Origin: a virus
Taxonomy: Duplodnaviria > Caudoviricetes
IMG/VR virus record: IMGVR_UViG_3300005323_000003
Span: 355-64,354 of that record
Direction: 5' to 3' (one strand)
Length of the DNA stretch: 64,000 nucleotides
The notes under the pieces are model-generated. The model saw nothing but the letters and a program-made list of their open reading frames with translations. It was not told the DNA's origin and did not search any database. This document shows positions 16,813 through 26,103 of the stretch, in pieces. The position numbers were made by a program, and so were the translations under genes. Position 1 is the first letter of the stretch; every line of letters begins with the position of its first letter.

Positions 16813-18337
16813 GATTTTAACCAGGAAAGAAAAAGAAGAACTTGCCAGACTACTAGATGAGCGAGAACGCAGACAACGCGAGGAAAAGTTACGCTATTAC
16901 AACACTGGCAGTAAAATACACCTAAAACAGATAGACTTCCACAAAAACACGCACCGTAACCGTTGGTTATTCGGCGGGAATAGAACCGGCAAAACCGTTG
17001 CAGGGGCAGTAGAAGCCGTCTGGAGAGCAAGAGGAAATCACCCATATAAAAACATACCCGGACCCACTCGCGGATGGGTTGTATCGCTTGATTACAACGT
17101 GCAACGTGACGTAGCACAGAAAGAGATATTGCGCTGGTTAAATCCGGCATGGATCAAAAACATAGAAATGCGTCAAGGACGCAAGGACAATCCTGAGAAT
17201 GGAATCATAGACTTTTTGGAAATAGAATCAATCCACGGCGGGAAATCGATTATAGGATTTAAGTCATGCGACCAAGGCCGGGCCAAGTTCCAAGGAACAA
17301 GCCAACACTGGATATGGTTTGACGAGGAACCGCCGGAAGAAATTTACGATGAATGTAAAATGCGTATCATCGACACTCGCGGTGACATATGGGGAACAAT
17401 GACTCCGCTGCAAGGCCTTACGTGGGTATACGACATCGTATATATGAACGATAAGCAGGACCAGGAAATCAAATACTGGCTGATGGAATGGGCAGATAAC
17501 CCCTGGTTATCACTGGCAGAGATCAAACAACTAGAAGAAACCATGTCAGAAGAAGAGAGAGAAGCCCGTCAGTATGGTAAATTTGTTGCTATGTCTGGGT
17601 TGGTTTACAAAGAGTTTGTTGAGGATATACACGTTATTGATCCGTTTCCAATACCGGTAGAATGGTACAACAACATAAGTATAGATCCTGGTTTGGCAGC
17701 TCCGTTGAGTTGCCATTTTTATGCAGTGGACAACGACGGCAATATCTATGCAATTGCTGAGCATTACAAGGCTGGCGAAAATATTGAGTATCACTCTAAC
17801 GAAATTCGCAAAATTGCCAAAGAACTTAACTGGCCGGATGAGGCAGGTTATATCAGGGCGATCATAGATTCTGCTGCTAACCAAAAAACATTGGCAGCGG
17901 AAAAGTCAGTCACCGAATTGTTACGAGATAACATGATTTATGCTGATACCAAAGTTAACAAAGATGTTTGGACCGGTATTCAAAGGGTTAAACAGTATCT
18001 TAAGCTAAGGCCCAACGAGCAATCAACCATATGGCCACGCGGCAAACCAAAGTTGTTTATATTTCGCAATTGCCCTCAGATGATCAAGGAAATTAAGTCG
18101 TACCGCTGGAAGCCGTTAGCAAAAAACGCAAAAACAGACCAGAAGGACGAACCAGTTAAAAAAATGGATCATGCAATGGACGAATTACGTTACTTTGTCA
18201 TGACCAGACCAGAGATCAAGGACCTTGGAACCATCACCCCGGGCCAATCACCCCGCCGCCACTATAACTTTAACACCGAAGCAGGCCGCGACGAGGACGA
18301 CGACGAGGAAAGCAGGGGCAGAGGGTTTTACGGATAA
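16802..18337 (+). CDS. terL: Terminase large subunit
   Basis: Walker A GGNRTGKT, Walker B WIWFDEE, TMTPLQG, nuclease motifs IDPG and DHAMDELRY. Confidence 0.95.
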   Translation: MAAKILTRKEKEELARLLDERERRQREEKLRYYNTGSKIHLKQIDFHKNTHRNRWLFGGNRTGKTVAGAVEAVWRARGNHPYKNIPGPTRGWVVSLDYNVQRDVAQKEILRWLNPAWIKNIEMRQGRKDNPENGIIDFLEIESIHGGKSIIGFKSCDQGRAKFQGTSQHWIWFDEEPPEEIYDECKMRIIDTRGDIWGTMTPLQGLTWVYDIVYMNDKQDQEIKYWLMEWADNPWLSLAEIKQLEETMSEEEREARQYGKFVAMSGLVYKEFVEDIHVIDPFPIPVEWYNNISIDPGLAAPLSCHFYAVDNDGNIYAIAEHYKAGENIEYHSNEIRKIAKELNWPDEAGYIRAIIDSAANQKTLAAEKSVTELLRDNMIYADTKVNKDVWTGIQRVKQYLKLRPNEQSTIWPRGKPKLFIFRNCPQMIKEIKSYRWKPLAKNAKTDQKDEPVKKMDHAMDELRYFVMTRPEIKDLGTITPGQSPRRHYNFNTEAGRDEDDDEESRGRGFYG

Positions 18338-18358
18338 AAAGTAAAGGAGAGATATGAA

Positions 18359-19117
18359 ATGGAGAGAGGAAGCCACAGGATACCAATAATTAAGGAATGT
18401 CTGGAAGAGTTAAAACAGTATGAGGGACGAGAAAAACCAATTGATCACAACATATACCGCCTTATCCGCAATATGGCAAAATATATCATCGAGCAAGAAG
18501 AAGGATTGCCAGGACCTCCACTCCAGGGAATAATTGACGAGTTAAAGCGGAGAGAAAGCATTTGCGACTGGCAGATAAATGATCCATATCCAAGTATGTA
18601 TGAAATATGCAAACGCTGCGAAGAACGCAGAGGCATGAAACCAGAAGATATATTACCGGAATTAAACATTCCCAAACTTACCCAACCAATGAAAGGATGC
18701 ACAGTAAACCAAGAAGATTTAAAAAATTGTACCTTACCACTTAAAGAAATTGAAAAGCAAGTGATATCTGGTTGCTTGCGTTTGACGGAAGAAACTACTC
18801 CACAAGAAGATAAACAGATAAAAAACGAAATACTTAAAGAAATATTCAAGCAAGAATTATCCGGACTTAACACAATGCTAACGTGTCCGGATGGGATGCA
18901 AAGCGTTAAGTTACTAAACGGATTCTACACTCTGCCCGGCATGGAACCGCCATGCGAAGCGTTTAGTTCTGGGTTTACAGAGTCAATCAGAAGAACACTG
19001 CAGGAAATACGCAAGCTTAAGAGCGCGTATAAAGTTGTTATACTCCGTGACCCTCCGTTTTGGAATGGGACATATGTACGTTGTAGGTTTTATGTAGACA
19101 CAGGAAAGTTTAAGTAA
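18359..19117 (+). CDS. Hypothetical protein
   Basis: 252-aa ORF with RBS AAGGAG. Confidence 0.65.
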   Translation: MERGSHRIPIIKECLEELKQYEGREKPIDHNIYRLIRNMAKYIIEQEEGLPGPPLQGIIDELKRRESICDWQINDPYPSMYEICKRCEERRGMKPEDILPELNIPKLTQPMKGCTVNQEDLKNCTLPLKEIEKQVISGCLRLTEETTPQEDKQIKNEILKEIFKQELSGLNTMLTCPDGMQSVKLLNGFYTLPGMEPPCEAFSSGFTESIRRTLQEIRKLKSAYKVVILRDPPFWNGTYVRCRFYVDTGKFK

Positions 19118-19132
19118 AGGAGAGTGCCCACC

Positions 19133-19309
19133 ATGCCCCTAAAACCAGGAAAGTCCCAAAAAACAATATCATCGAACATTGCAGAAATGATAAACGCATA
19201 CAAAGACACTGGACACATAGGCAATACGACGCCTGGAAGCAATGCTAAAGCCAGAAAGATAGCTATTGCGGCGGCGTTGAGCAAGGCCAGAGGGAAGAAA
19301 AACAAGTAA
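19133..19309 (+). CDS. Small basic phage protein (MPLKPGKS family)
   Basis: MPLKPGKSQKTISSNIAEM...IAIAAALSKAR. Confidence 0.7.
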   Translation: MPLKPGKSQKTISSNIAEMINAYKDTGHIGNTTPGSNAKARKIAIAAALSKARGKKNK

Positions 19310-19317
19310 TCACATTT

Positions 19318-19373
19318 ACCCGGACAGCCCGCAAGGGTTACGGCAGGGAACTCTCTCCCCCTGTCGTCCGGGT
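19318..19373 (+). ncRNA. Putative structured RNA element (three-way junction)
   Basis: P1 ACCCGG/CCGGGT, P2 AGCCC-GCAA-GGGTT, P3 ACGGCAGGG-10nt-CCCTGTCGT. Confidence 0.55.
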
Positions 19374-19403
19374 TTTAAATTGGAGAGGGGAAGGAGAGAA
19401 AAA

Positions 19404-19721
19404 ATGATACCAGATTCAATCAAAATAGGTTGTTACGATTACAAAATTGTTGAAACAGACGAACCGATTATTGTTGAAAGCAAAGAATGTAGCGGCAAAA
19501 TAGATTATCGCAACCATATTATAAAAATAAAAAGATCTGGCATATCTCAACAAGCTAAAGAGGAAACACTATGGCATGAAATCATACACGGCATATTTGA
19601 TTATCGTTCTATAAATCCTGCCAAAAACGATGAGGAAACAATTGTTGAAGAACTTGCTCTAGGCCTATACGGGATTATGAAGCAAAACGGTTTGATGCCT
19701 GGGCAGAAGGTAGGTGATTAA
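19404..19721 (+). CDS. HExxH metallopeptidase-like phage protein
   Basis: IDYRNHIIKI...EETLWHEIIHGI...VEELALGLY; ATG 19404 with RBS GGAGAG. Confidence 0.65.
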   Translation: MIPDSIKIGCYDYKIVETDEPIIVESKECSGKIDYRNHIIKIKRSGISQQAKEETLWHEIIHGIFDYRSINPAKNDEETIVEELALGLYGIMKQNGLMPGQKVGD

Positions 19722-19944
19722 CACGATATGCCACAAATGCCTTAACGACATGGTTCCGTGCGCAGATTCACTCGATGAATTTTGCCCTACATGCAACGTA
19801 ATAGTAAATGATGGCGATTGGAACAGCAAAAAATATATTGAAGAATATCCGCAAGTATTAGGAGAAGTTATGAGAAGAGTATTTGAATTTTGCACGGCCA
19901 TTGAAGAAAAAGCCAAAAAAGAATTGATGTGGTGGGAGTGGTAA
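19714..19944 (+). CDS. Small Zn-ribbon protein
   Basis: CHKC...CPTC. Confidence 0.55.
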   Translation: MINTICHKCLNDMVPCADSLDEFCPTCNVIVNDGDWNSKKYIEEYPQVLGEVMRRVFEFCTAIEEKAKKELMWWEW

Positions 19945-20028
19945 ATATGCCGGGACGATCTTATTGCTCATGGCCTTAACTTGCATGATGGCCGGGATTA
20001 TTTATTACGTTTGCGGAGGTGATCGACT

Positions 20029-20280
20029 GTGAAACCTGATGAGCAACGGTTCTTAATTGATATATTCAAAAAATGTGGGATAAATCGTTGGAACATAACA
20101 GTAAGAGAAATAATTGAATCACCTGGATTTTATATTTACCCTAAAAGGGCTGAATATATATTGCGCAAATGGTGTGAAAAAGGATGGTACGAATACGGAA
20201 CTAGCATATATTCTGGATGGTTAGAACCGGCAGGAAAGATAAAGGCACTAGAATTAATTAAGGCAGGTGATCAACCGTGA
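20029..20280 (+). CDS. Small winged-helix-like protein
   Basis: RAEYILRKWCEKGWYEYG...GWL. Confidence 0.55.
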   Translation: MKPDEQRFLIDIFKKCGINRWNITVREIIESPGFYIYPKRAEYILRKWCEKGWYEYGTSIYSGWLEPAGKIKALELIKAGDQP

Positions 20281-20327
20281 AATCCAAGAAATGCGGCAAG
20301 GGTAAAGGCGGGAAAGGACGGTAGGTA

Positions 20328-20525
20328 ATGGCTAAATCAGGCGCAGAGTTAACCAAAAAATATAATGATTACGTGGAAATACTAAAGGATTTAAACGAGG
20401 TGGCAGATAAATTTAATAACATTAAAGACGACGATACAATACCCGGCAAAGAATTCAGGGAAGTTGGACTTAAATTTATAAAAATAGTGGTAGGTTGTGT
20501 AACCAGGGAATACATGAGGGAGTAA
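20328..20525 (+). CDS. Hypothetical protein
   Basis: 65 aa. Confidence 0.55.
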   Translation: MAKSGAELTKKYNDYVEILKDLNEVADKFNNIKDDDTIPGKEFREVGLKFIKIVVGCVTREYMRE

Positions 20526-20661
20526 AGGCAGGTGATGCTTGATGAACGGATTTGATCCACTCGGAAATCCATATATGTGACCATGCCCCGCCCGGTAATG
20601 CTGGACGGGGCTTAATATTTGGCAAGGGCAAAGCAAAGTAAAGCGAAGGGATTGATAATTA

Positions 20662-20982
20662 ATGGATGAAAAGCAAAGCGAAGTTAATGGCGTATTTGAC
20701 ATTGAATGCTTATGTCAATGCATTGGCCAAACTATTTACAAAAAAGGTAAGGCACAAATATTTAACGTAATCGAGGCGGTAATGCCTAATAATGATCAAT
20801 TATACGCTATAAAACGAGTAATTGAAAACGTTTTGACGTATATCACCAAGGACGTTGCCGATGAATTACGTTCGTTCCTAGATGGATGGGAAATTGAAGT
20901 AACTGGCGGCGGAGAACTTTCTCCCGAGGAAGAAGATCAGGCCCGCAAAGATTATCAGGAAATTGAAGAAATTATAAGATAA
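20662..20982 (+). CDS. Hypothetical protein
   Basis: 106 aa. Confidence 0.6.
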   Translation: MDEKQSEVNGVFDIECLCQCIGQTIYKKGKAQIFNVIEAVMPNNDQLYAIKRVIENVLTYITKDVADELRSFLDGWEIEVTGGGELSPEEEDQARKDYQEIEEIIR

Positions 20983-21077
20983 CTGGCTTGCCCTTGCCAG
21001 TTTATTATCATTCCTGCCGATTCCTGCAAATAAGAACTGGCTTATTGTCGTTAGTGAAAATAAGGGGGATAGAGAAA

Positions 21078-21227
21078 TTGAATATAAAATATAAAATATT
21101 TTCCGAATTAGCTAGAAGATCCAATAACGGAGAATTATTTAATAAAAATGCTGCAAGAGACAAAAAAGATGCGCTTACTGCATTTTTTTGGAGATTAGCA
21201 AAAGGAGGAAAAATAAATGCAATTTGA
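21078..21227 (+). CDS. Small hypothetical protein (49 aa)
   Basis: RBS AAGGGGG before TTG 21078; overlaps the next start. Confidence 0.45.
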   Translation: MNIKYKIFSELARRSNNGELFNKNAARDKKDALTAFFWRLAKGGKINAI

Positions 21228-21774
21228 TGAACATCAACAGTTAAATGATTTTACAGGAAAAAGATTTGCTGAGAAAATGAAAGATTCAAACCTTTTTAGT
21301 AAAAAAGAAACCTCGCGTGATAGCACGGAAAAACCGACGGTTTTTATTATGGTTGGACTGCCCCGTTCAGGAAAATCAACATACGTTGAAAAATACAAAG
21401 GATATAAGGTTATTGTTTCTGCAGATAATTTGCGGTATCTGGTTTACGGTCAAAGATTCTGGGGGCCTGGTGAAGACATGATGTGGGCCGTGCGTAAAAT
21501 AGTCTTAACAATGCTTATGGAGCAGGGAATAGACATTGTTATTGACGAGACAAACACTACAGTGGCAAGGCGTAAACCGATTATAGAGTTGGCGAGAAAA
21601 CACGGATATTCTGTTGAGGCCATTGTCATCAATACTTCCAAGGAAGTTTGTATTGAAAGGGCGCAGACAGAGGGAGACGAAAGAATTATTCCGGTTATCG
21701 AACGCATGGCTGAACAATTTGAACCCATTTCGCTGGAAGAAGTTGATTATCTCTATAAAATACAGACCAATTAA
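21217..21774 (+). CDS. P-loop kinase (AAA_33 / polynucleotide-kinase-like)
   Basis: MVGLPRSGKST, IVSADNLR, IVIDETN...RR, VCIERA. Confidence 0.85.
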   Translation: MQFDEHQQLNDFTGKRFAEKMKDSNLFSKKETSRDSTEKPTVFIMVGLPRSGKSTYVEKYKGYKVIVSADNLRYLVYGQRFWGPGEDMMWAVRKIVLTMLMEQGIDIVIDETNTTVARRKPIIELARKHGYSVEAIVINTSKEVCIERAQTEGDERIIPVIERMAEQFEPISLEEVDYLYKIQTN

Positions 21775-21810
21775 GTTTTTCATACCAAAATAAATAAGGA
21801 GAAAAATAAA

Positions 21811-21981
21811 ATGGAAAAAATAAATATATATTTTAAAAATGGAGACGTAAAAATTTACGAAAAAAATCAATACACTGACTATAAATATTGCGGCGAAGTT
21901 TTTGCTATCATTTTTAACAATCATTGGATCGGAATTTATTCAATGACTGAAGTTAGGTGCATAGAAGTTGAAGTGAATTAA
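21811..21981 (+). CDS. Small hypothetical protein (56 aa)
   Basis: RBS AAGGAG; MEKINIYFKNGDVKIY... Confidence 0.6.
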   Translation: MEKINIYFKNGDVKIYEKNQYTDYKYCGEVFAIIFNNHWIGIYSMTEVRCIEVEVN

Positions 21982-22077
21982 AAATAAATTTGTAATCACC
22001 ATTGGCGGCTGACATACAAGCCGCCGTTTATTTTGGACTTCCGCCCGAACAGGCGGCCCCTAAAAGGAGAGAAGAAA

Positions 22078-22314
22078 ATGCAAGAAATAACCGTTAAACT
22101 TTTCATGAACGGCAAAGAGTTTGTTAGTGCATGGGAAATTTGCAAACCGATACCGGAAGGACTTGATCCAGAAGAATTGCACAACGAACTATTAAGAAAA
22201 CATAATGAAATTAATAGAATTGGTAACACCGTTGCAAGAACAATCAAAATAGAACTTGCTAACAATGGTGAACCAGGCTTTGAAGAATGGGTAACAAAGA
22301 AGGTTGAATCATGA
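22078..22314 (+). CDS. Hypothetical protein
   Basis: RBS AAGGAG before ATG 22078. Confidence 0.6.
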   Translation: MQEITVKLFMNGKEFVSAWEICKPIPEGLDPEELHNELLRKHNEINRIGNTVARTIKIELANNGEPGFEEWVTKKVES

Positions 22315-22574
22315 TACACCATGTTACTTCTAAACAACTTCATGAATTAATTCCTAAACAAGTAAAAAAATCTGACGATCCATTTTATGCTCAGAAATTT
22401 TATGAATGCTTAAATGATTACGGTAAAGTTATATATAAAAGTGGACTAAGAGAATTTGAATTATACGATGCAAGGGGAAATTTTATAACAGGTATTGGAA
22501 TGGAAATCGCGATTCAGATTTACGCTATAGTTAGCGATATAGTTGAAGAATTAAGGCAAGGAGAGAGTACATGA
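22311..22574 (+). CDS. Hypothetical protein
   Basis: 87 aa; ATGA overlap. Confidence 0.6.
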   Translation: MIHHVTSKQLHELIPKQVKKSDDPFYAQKFYECLNDYGKVIYKSGLREFELYDARGNFITGIGMEIAIQIYAIVSDIVEELRQGEST

Positions 22575-22981
22575 AGCAGCATATAACACCAGAACAGCTT
22601 ATGGAATTAACCCCGGAGCAGCAGCAAAGGCTCAGGGAATGGTGGAAGCCTGCAGTCGGAGATGTTATCTACATAACAGATACAATTTTGAGCGTTAATG
22701 ATAAATTAACAATGATCAGTTGCATTAATAATCCATTTGGAAAATCAGGAAAAGAAAATACGATTCGTCTTTCTTGCGGCGGTTGGTGTTACAAAAAAGA
22801 ATGCTTAATTGTTTTATCAATCGGCCAGTGCATTGAGTTTTTACAAGATGAAGAAACCTTTGCGATTGATCGTAAAAACGAATTAACGGAATCTTTCTGG
22901 CAAGTACTGGTAAATCAATTATTGCTAGATAATAATGAGCTCATCGACGCACTTTGGGAATCAATCAAGGAGGTACTATGA
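22571..22981 (+). CDS. Conserved phage protein
   Basis: MKQHITPEQLMELTPEQQQRLREWWKP...LSIGQCIEFL...LIDALWESIKEVL. Confidence 0.7.
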   Translation: MKQHITPEQLMELTPEQQQRLREWWKPAVGDVIYITDTILSVNDKLTMISCINNPFGKSGKENTIRLSCGGWCYKKECLIVLSIGQCIEFLQDEETFAIDRKNELTESFWQVLVNQLLLDNNELIDALWESIKEVL

Positions 22982-23133
22982 TAGAAAAAAACCTATCATC
23001 CGAAGAACTCCGCATAATCGAAGAACTCCGCAAAATCAGGTGGGGCAAACTAACGATAGTCATCAAGGAAGGCAAGGTCACGCTGGTAACACCGGCACCA
23101 GACATAAGGTTAGACATAAAGCCAACCGAATAA
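22978..23133 (+). CDS. DUF2292/YezD-like small protein (51 aa)
   Basis: IIEELRKIRWGKLTIVIKEGKVTLV; ATGA overlap; missing from the ORF track. Confidence 0.6.
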   Translation: MIEKNLSSEELRIIEELRKIRWGKLTIVIKEGKVTLVTPAPDIRLDIKPTE

Positions 23134-23158
23134 AAATCATTTCCTGACCAGGACAACC

Positions 23159-23216
23159 GGCGGGTATGTAGAGGCAAGCAGATTAAATCTGTTTCTCTCT
23201 ATGTACCCGCCTTTTT
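23159..23216 (+). terminator. Long-stem hairpin with U tract in front of the head genes
   Basis: GGCGGGTATGTAGAG pairs with CTCTATGTACCCGCC; inner AGCAGAT-TAA-ATCTGTT; then TTTTT. Confidence 0.65.
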
Positions 23217-23248
23217 CTATTTTCTGAAAACCGAAAGGAGAGATTCTA

Positions 23249-23572
23249 TTGGAAATCAACATTAGCCAAGATTCAATAACCGAAGTCCTGCAAGAGTGCG
23301 AAGACGACTTATTAAAAGTTATCAGGTCACTTGACAACAACCCCAAGAAACCGGCCAGCACAGAGGCAATTATGACGCTATGTTCGGCCCATTCAGCCAT
23401 TAGGACTATTCGTATGCTGTGCAATTTGCCGCATGAGAATTTCAAGATCAAGGAGCCCTTTAAACCTCCCGCAAGTTACGATGAATCAGGGCTTGTTGAC
23501 GATAATCCAGACGAAGAGGATAAAGACCTGAAGCAGCAGCGAGAAGATAATCGACCGTTTTTTAGCCGGTAG
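23249..23572 (+). CDS. Hypothetical protein upstream of the portal
   Basis: 107 aa; RBS AAGGAG. Confidence 0.65.
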   Translation: MEINISQDSITEVLQECEDDLLKVIRSLDNNPKKPASTEAIMTLCSAHSAIRTIRMLCNLPHENFKIKEPFKPPASYDESGLVDDNPDEEDKDLKQQREDNRPFFSR

Positions 23573-23586
23573 GAAGGAGATAGCCC

Positions 23587-23850
23587 ATGAAGTGCAAAGG
23601 ATGCGGACAAGAATTTCCCAACGTCAGCGCCGTAACAAAACACAAGCCCGAATGTCCAGGATTAAACGGAGAAACACCGGTATGCAACGCTAAAAGCGAG
23701 ATTAAACAGCCGGAAGGCTTTATTATCCCTCTGGAACTATGCCCGGAAGAAATCAAATATTACGCCCAAGGAAAAGTACTGGGCCTAAGACTAACCGGCA
23801 AGCTAGTCGAGAACGGCGTATTGCTGCAGGAGGTGACGTTAATCAGATGA
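23587..23850 (+). CDS. Small Zn-finger protein
   Basis: CKGCGQEF...HKPEC. Confidence 0.6.
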   Translation: MKCKGCGQEFPNVSAVTKHKPECPGLNGETPVCNAKSEIKQPEGFIIPLELCPEEIKYYAQGKVLGLRLTGKLVENGVLLQEVTLIR

Positions 23851-25952
23851 TAAACCAAAATACTCAACCCGGCAACCGTGATCCTGCTGAGAAAAACTTT
23901 GAATTTGAACTCATGAAACAAAAAGCCATTACTCAGTGCTATGACTGGTTTGACAAAGATCGTTCAGCAAAAAGCTATTATAACGAAGAAATGGACGAAA
24001 TGTACAAACTGTATAAATCTGCTCACTGGGATCTGTTTGACGAAACCGGCAACGTATTGCGTACCGATGCGGAAAAGCGTAATCACCCTAACGCGGTTGA
24101 GAACGTCACATTTTCACTAATTGAGGGCCTTGTAGCTGAGTTTTCAGAACCAAAAGAATTGATTGATTATCCGACTGAGCCAAACGACGAGGATGCAGCC
24201 CGGCAGATGACCGATATTAAAGAAGCTATAGCCTATAAAAACCGCATTGACGACGAGTATATCAAATGGCTTAGAAATTTCTTCTGGTACGGTTCGGGTA
24301 TATGGGAGCACAACTGGGACGATGACTGGAAAGGTGGCAGAGGACCTAACCGATGGAAAGGTGACGTAAGATGGAGATCACGTCACCCTCGGTCGATATT
24401 TCCGGATGCCCGGTGTCATGAGTCAATTCATGATGGCAGACGTTTACACGATGCTACGTACTGGACGATTGAGGAATTGCAGGAAACGTTCCCCGACACT
24501 GAAAACATTACTTCTGATTCGGTATCGTCAGAAATTATAATCAGCGACGAATTAGAGGATATCAGTGCCGAAAACGTAGAGGACCAAGTTCTGGTAGTAA
24601 TAACCTGGTACAAAGGCAAGCCGCTAATTATGGAAGGTGACGAAGAAGACGAGGGGCCAGGGCTGCATTATATTATGTGGGCTGGGGACAGTACGCAGAT
24701 GTACTTGAAACACGGCAATTATGTCTATTTCGAGCCGGGGGAAGATGTAAAGTTTCCTTTCACTGCTAAAAAGTGCTACGAGCGTGAGAATAGCCCCTGG
24801 GGATACGGAGAAGCATATTTCCTTAAAAACCCCCAGATGGTGCTCAACAAGACCTCTGAAATGATCATAGAGGGACACTTATTCTATGCACTGGGTCAGA
24901 CATGGTACGAAGAAGGGGCAGTCAGCGAAAAGCAAAAACGCGAGTTCGAGAACAAGGGCATGCTTTCTGCTATATGGTTGGCTGTTAACAGAGTGGATGG
25001 CATTAAGCGCGAATACGGCAAAGGCGTTCCGTCATCGCTGGAAAATGAATCTGGACGTATTAAGGGCGTAATGGAATCTATTATAGGCAGGTTTGATGTT
25101 ACGCAAGGCAAAACGCCAAGCAGTGTTACAGCGTTTCGGGCATTAGATTTGTTGGCTTCCAGGGCTCAGGTACGGCTCAGGTCAAAAGAAATGGCTATTA
25201 ACACCGGGTACGAAGACAGCGGAAATTATATTAACCGCATAGTGGCAGAAAACTATACCGAAAAACGCCGTTATCGCATCATGGGCAAGGACGACAAGGA
25301 ACCTGTTTACGGCTTATTTGAGCCTGATAGGCTGCGTAAAGCGTATTTATTCCAGGAGGACGCAAGTATATCAATGGACGAATTAGAGTCTCTCACAGCC
25401 AATCAGGAGGGATTGCCGGAAGAGGAACAGCTTATTGAAGGCAGAGACTACGAACTGTACTCTCCTGAGTTTGATACCAGATGCAAAGTAACCAGTAAAA
25501 TGCCTTCTGACCGTGTTTTTTACATGGAAATGGCAAAGGAATTGTTTTCAGGTGGTGCGATTGATATTGAGACATTCTTCTATGTCATTGAAAATGGCAA
25601 GTTCCCGCCCATTGAAAAAATACTGGAAAAACTGCAGCAAAATAATCAAGATCAAGAGCAGGAAATCATGCAGTTTGTCGAATGGGTAAAAACAAACAAG
25701 CCGGAAATTATGCAAAAACTTAGTCAAATACCGGAAGAGCAACGCATTCAGTACATGACTGACTTAATGCAAAAAATGATTGAATCGGGAGAGTACCAGC
25801 CAGGACAGCAAACGCCTGCTGCGGCAGGACAAATGCAAGAGCAACCGCAAAATGCTGATATACCAGTTGATATTATACCCGATCAAAATAATCCTGATGC
25901 AATACGCCAGCAATTGATTGACATTGCGGCGGCACAGGAAGCACAGCAATAA
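23847..25952 (+). CDS. Portal protein (P22/podovirus-like) with a Q-rich C-terminal extension
   Basis: Position between terL and scaffold; ENVTFSLIEGLV, WLRNFFWYGSG, IIGRFDVTQG; start moved to ATG 23847 (RBS GGAGGTGA). Confidence 0.85.
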   Translation: MINQNTQPGNRDPAEKNFEFELMKQKAITQCYDWFDKDRSAKSYYNEEMDEMYKLYKSAHWDLFDETGNVLRTDAEKRNHPNAVENVTFSLIEGLVAEFSEPKELIDYPTEPNDEDAARQMTDIKEAIAYKNRIDDEYIKWLRNFFWYGSGIWEHNWDDDWKGGRGPNRWKGDVRWRSRHPRSIFPDARCHESIHDGRRLHDATYWTIEELQETFPDTENITSDSVSSEIIISDELEDISAENVEDQVLVVITWYKGKPLIMEGDEEDEGPGLHYIMWAGDSTQMYLKHGNYVYFEPGEDVKFPFTAKKCYERENSPWGYGEAYFLKNPQMVLNKTSEMIIEGHLFYALGQTWYEEGAVSEKQKREFENKGMLSAIWLAVNRVDGIKREYGKGVPSSLENESGRIKGVMESIIGRFDVTQGKTPSSVTAFRALDLLASRAQVRLRSKEMAINTGYEDSGNYINRIVAENYTEKRRYRIMGKDDKEPVYGLFEPDRLRKAYLFQEDASISMDELESLTANQEGLPEEEQLIEGRDYELYSPEFDTRCKVTSKMPSDRVFYMEMAKELFSGGAIDIETFFYVIENGKFPPIEKILEKLQQNNQDQEQEIMQFVEWVKTNKPEIMQKLSQIPEEQRIQYMTDLMQKMIESGEYQPGQQTPAAAGQMQEQPQNADIPVDIIPDQNNPDAIRQQLIDIAAAQEAQQ

Positions 25953-26103
25953 CAAAAAAATAGTTCCCATAGGACCAGCACAACGGATGTCCTCATAAAA
26001 GCAAGGCTGGACTTTTTATTTTCTGCCCAAAAACGCATTACGGCAGGTTAATAAACTGTTGCGGAAATTTATAGCCGACGGGCTTAAAATGGGAGGATTT
26101 GAA

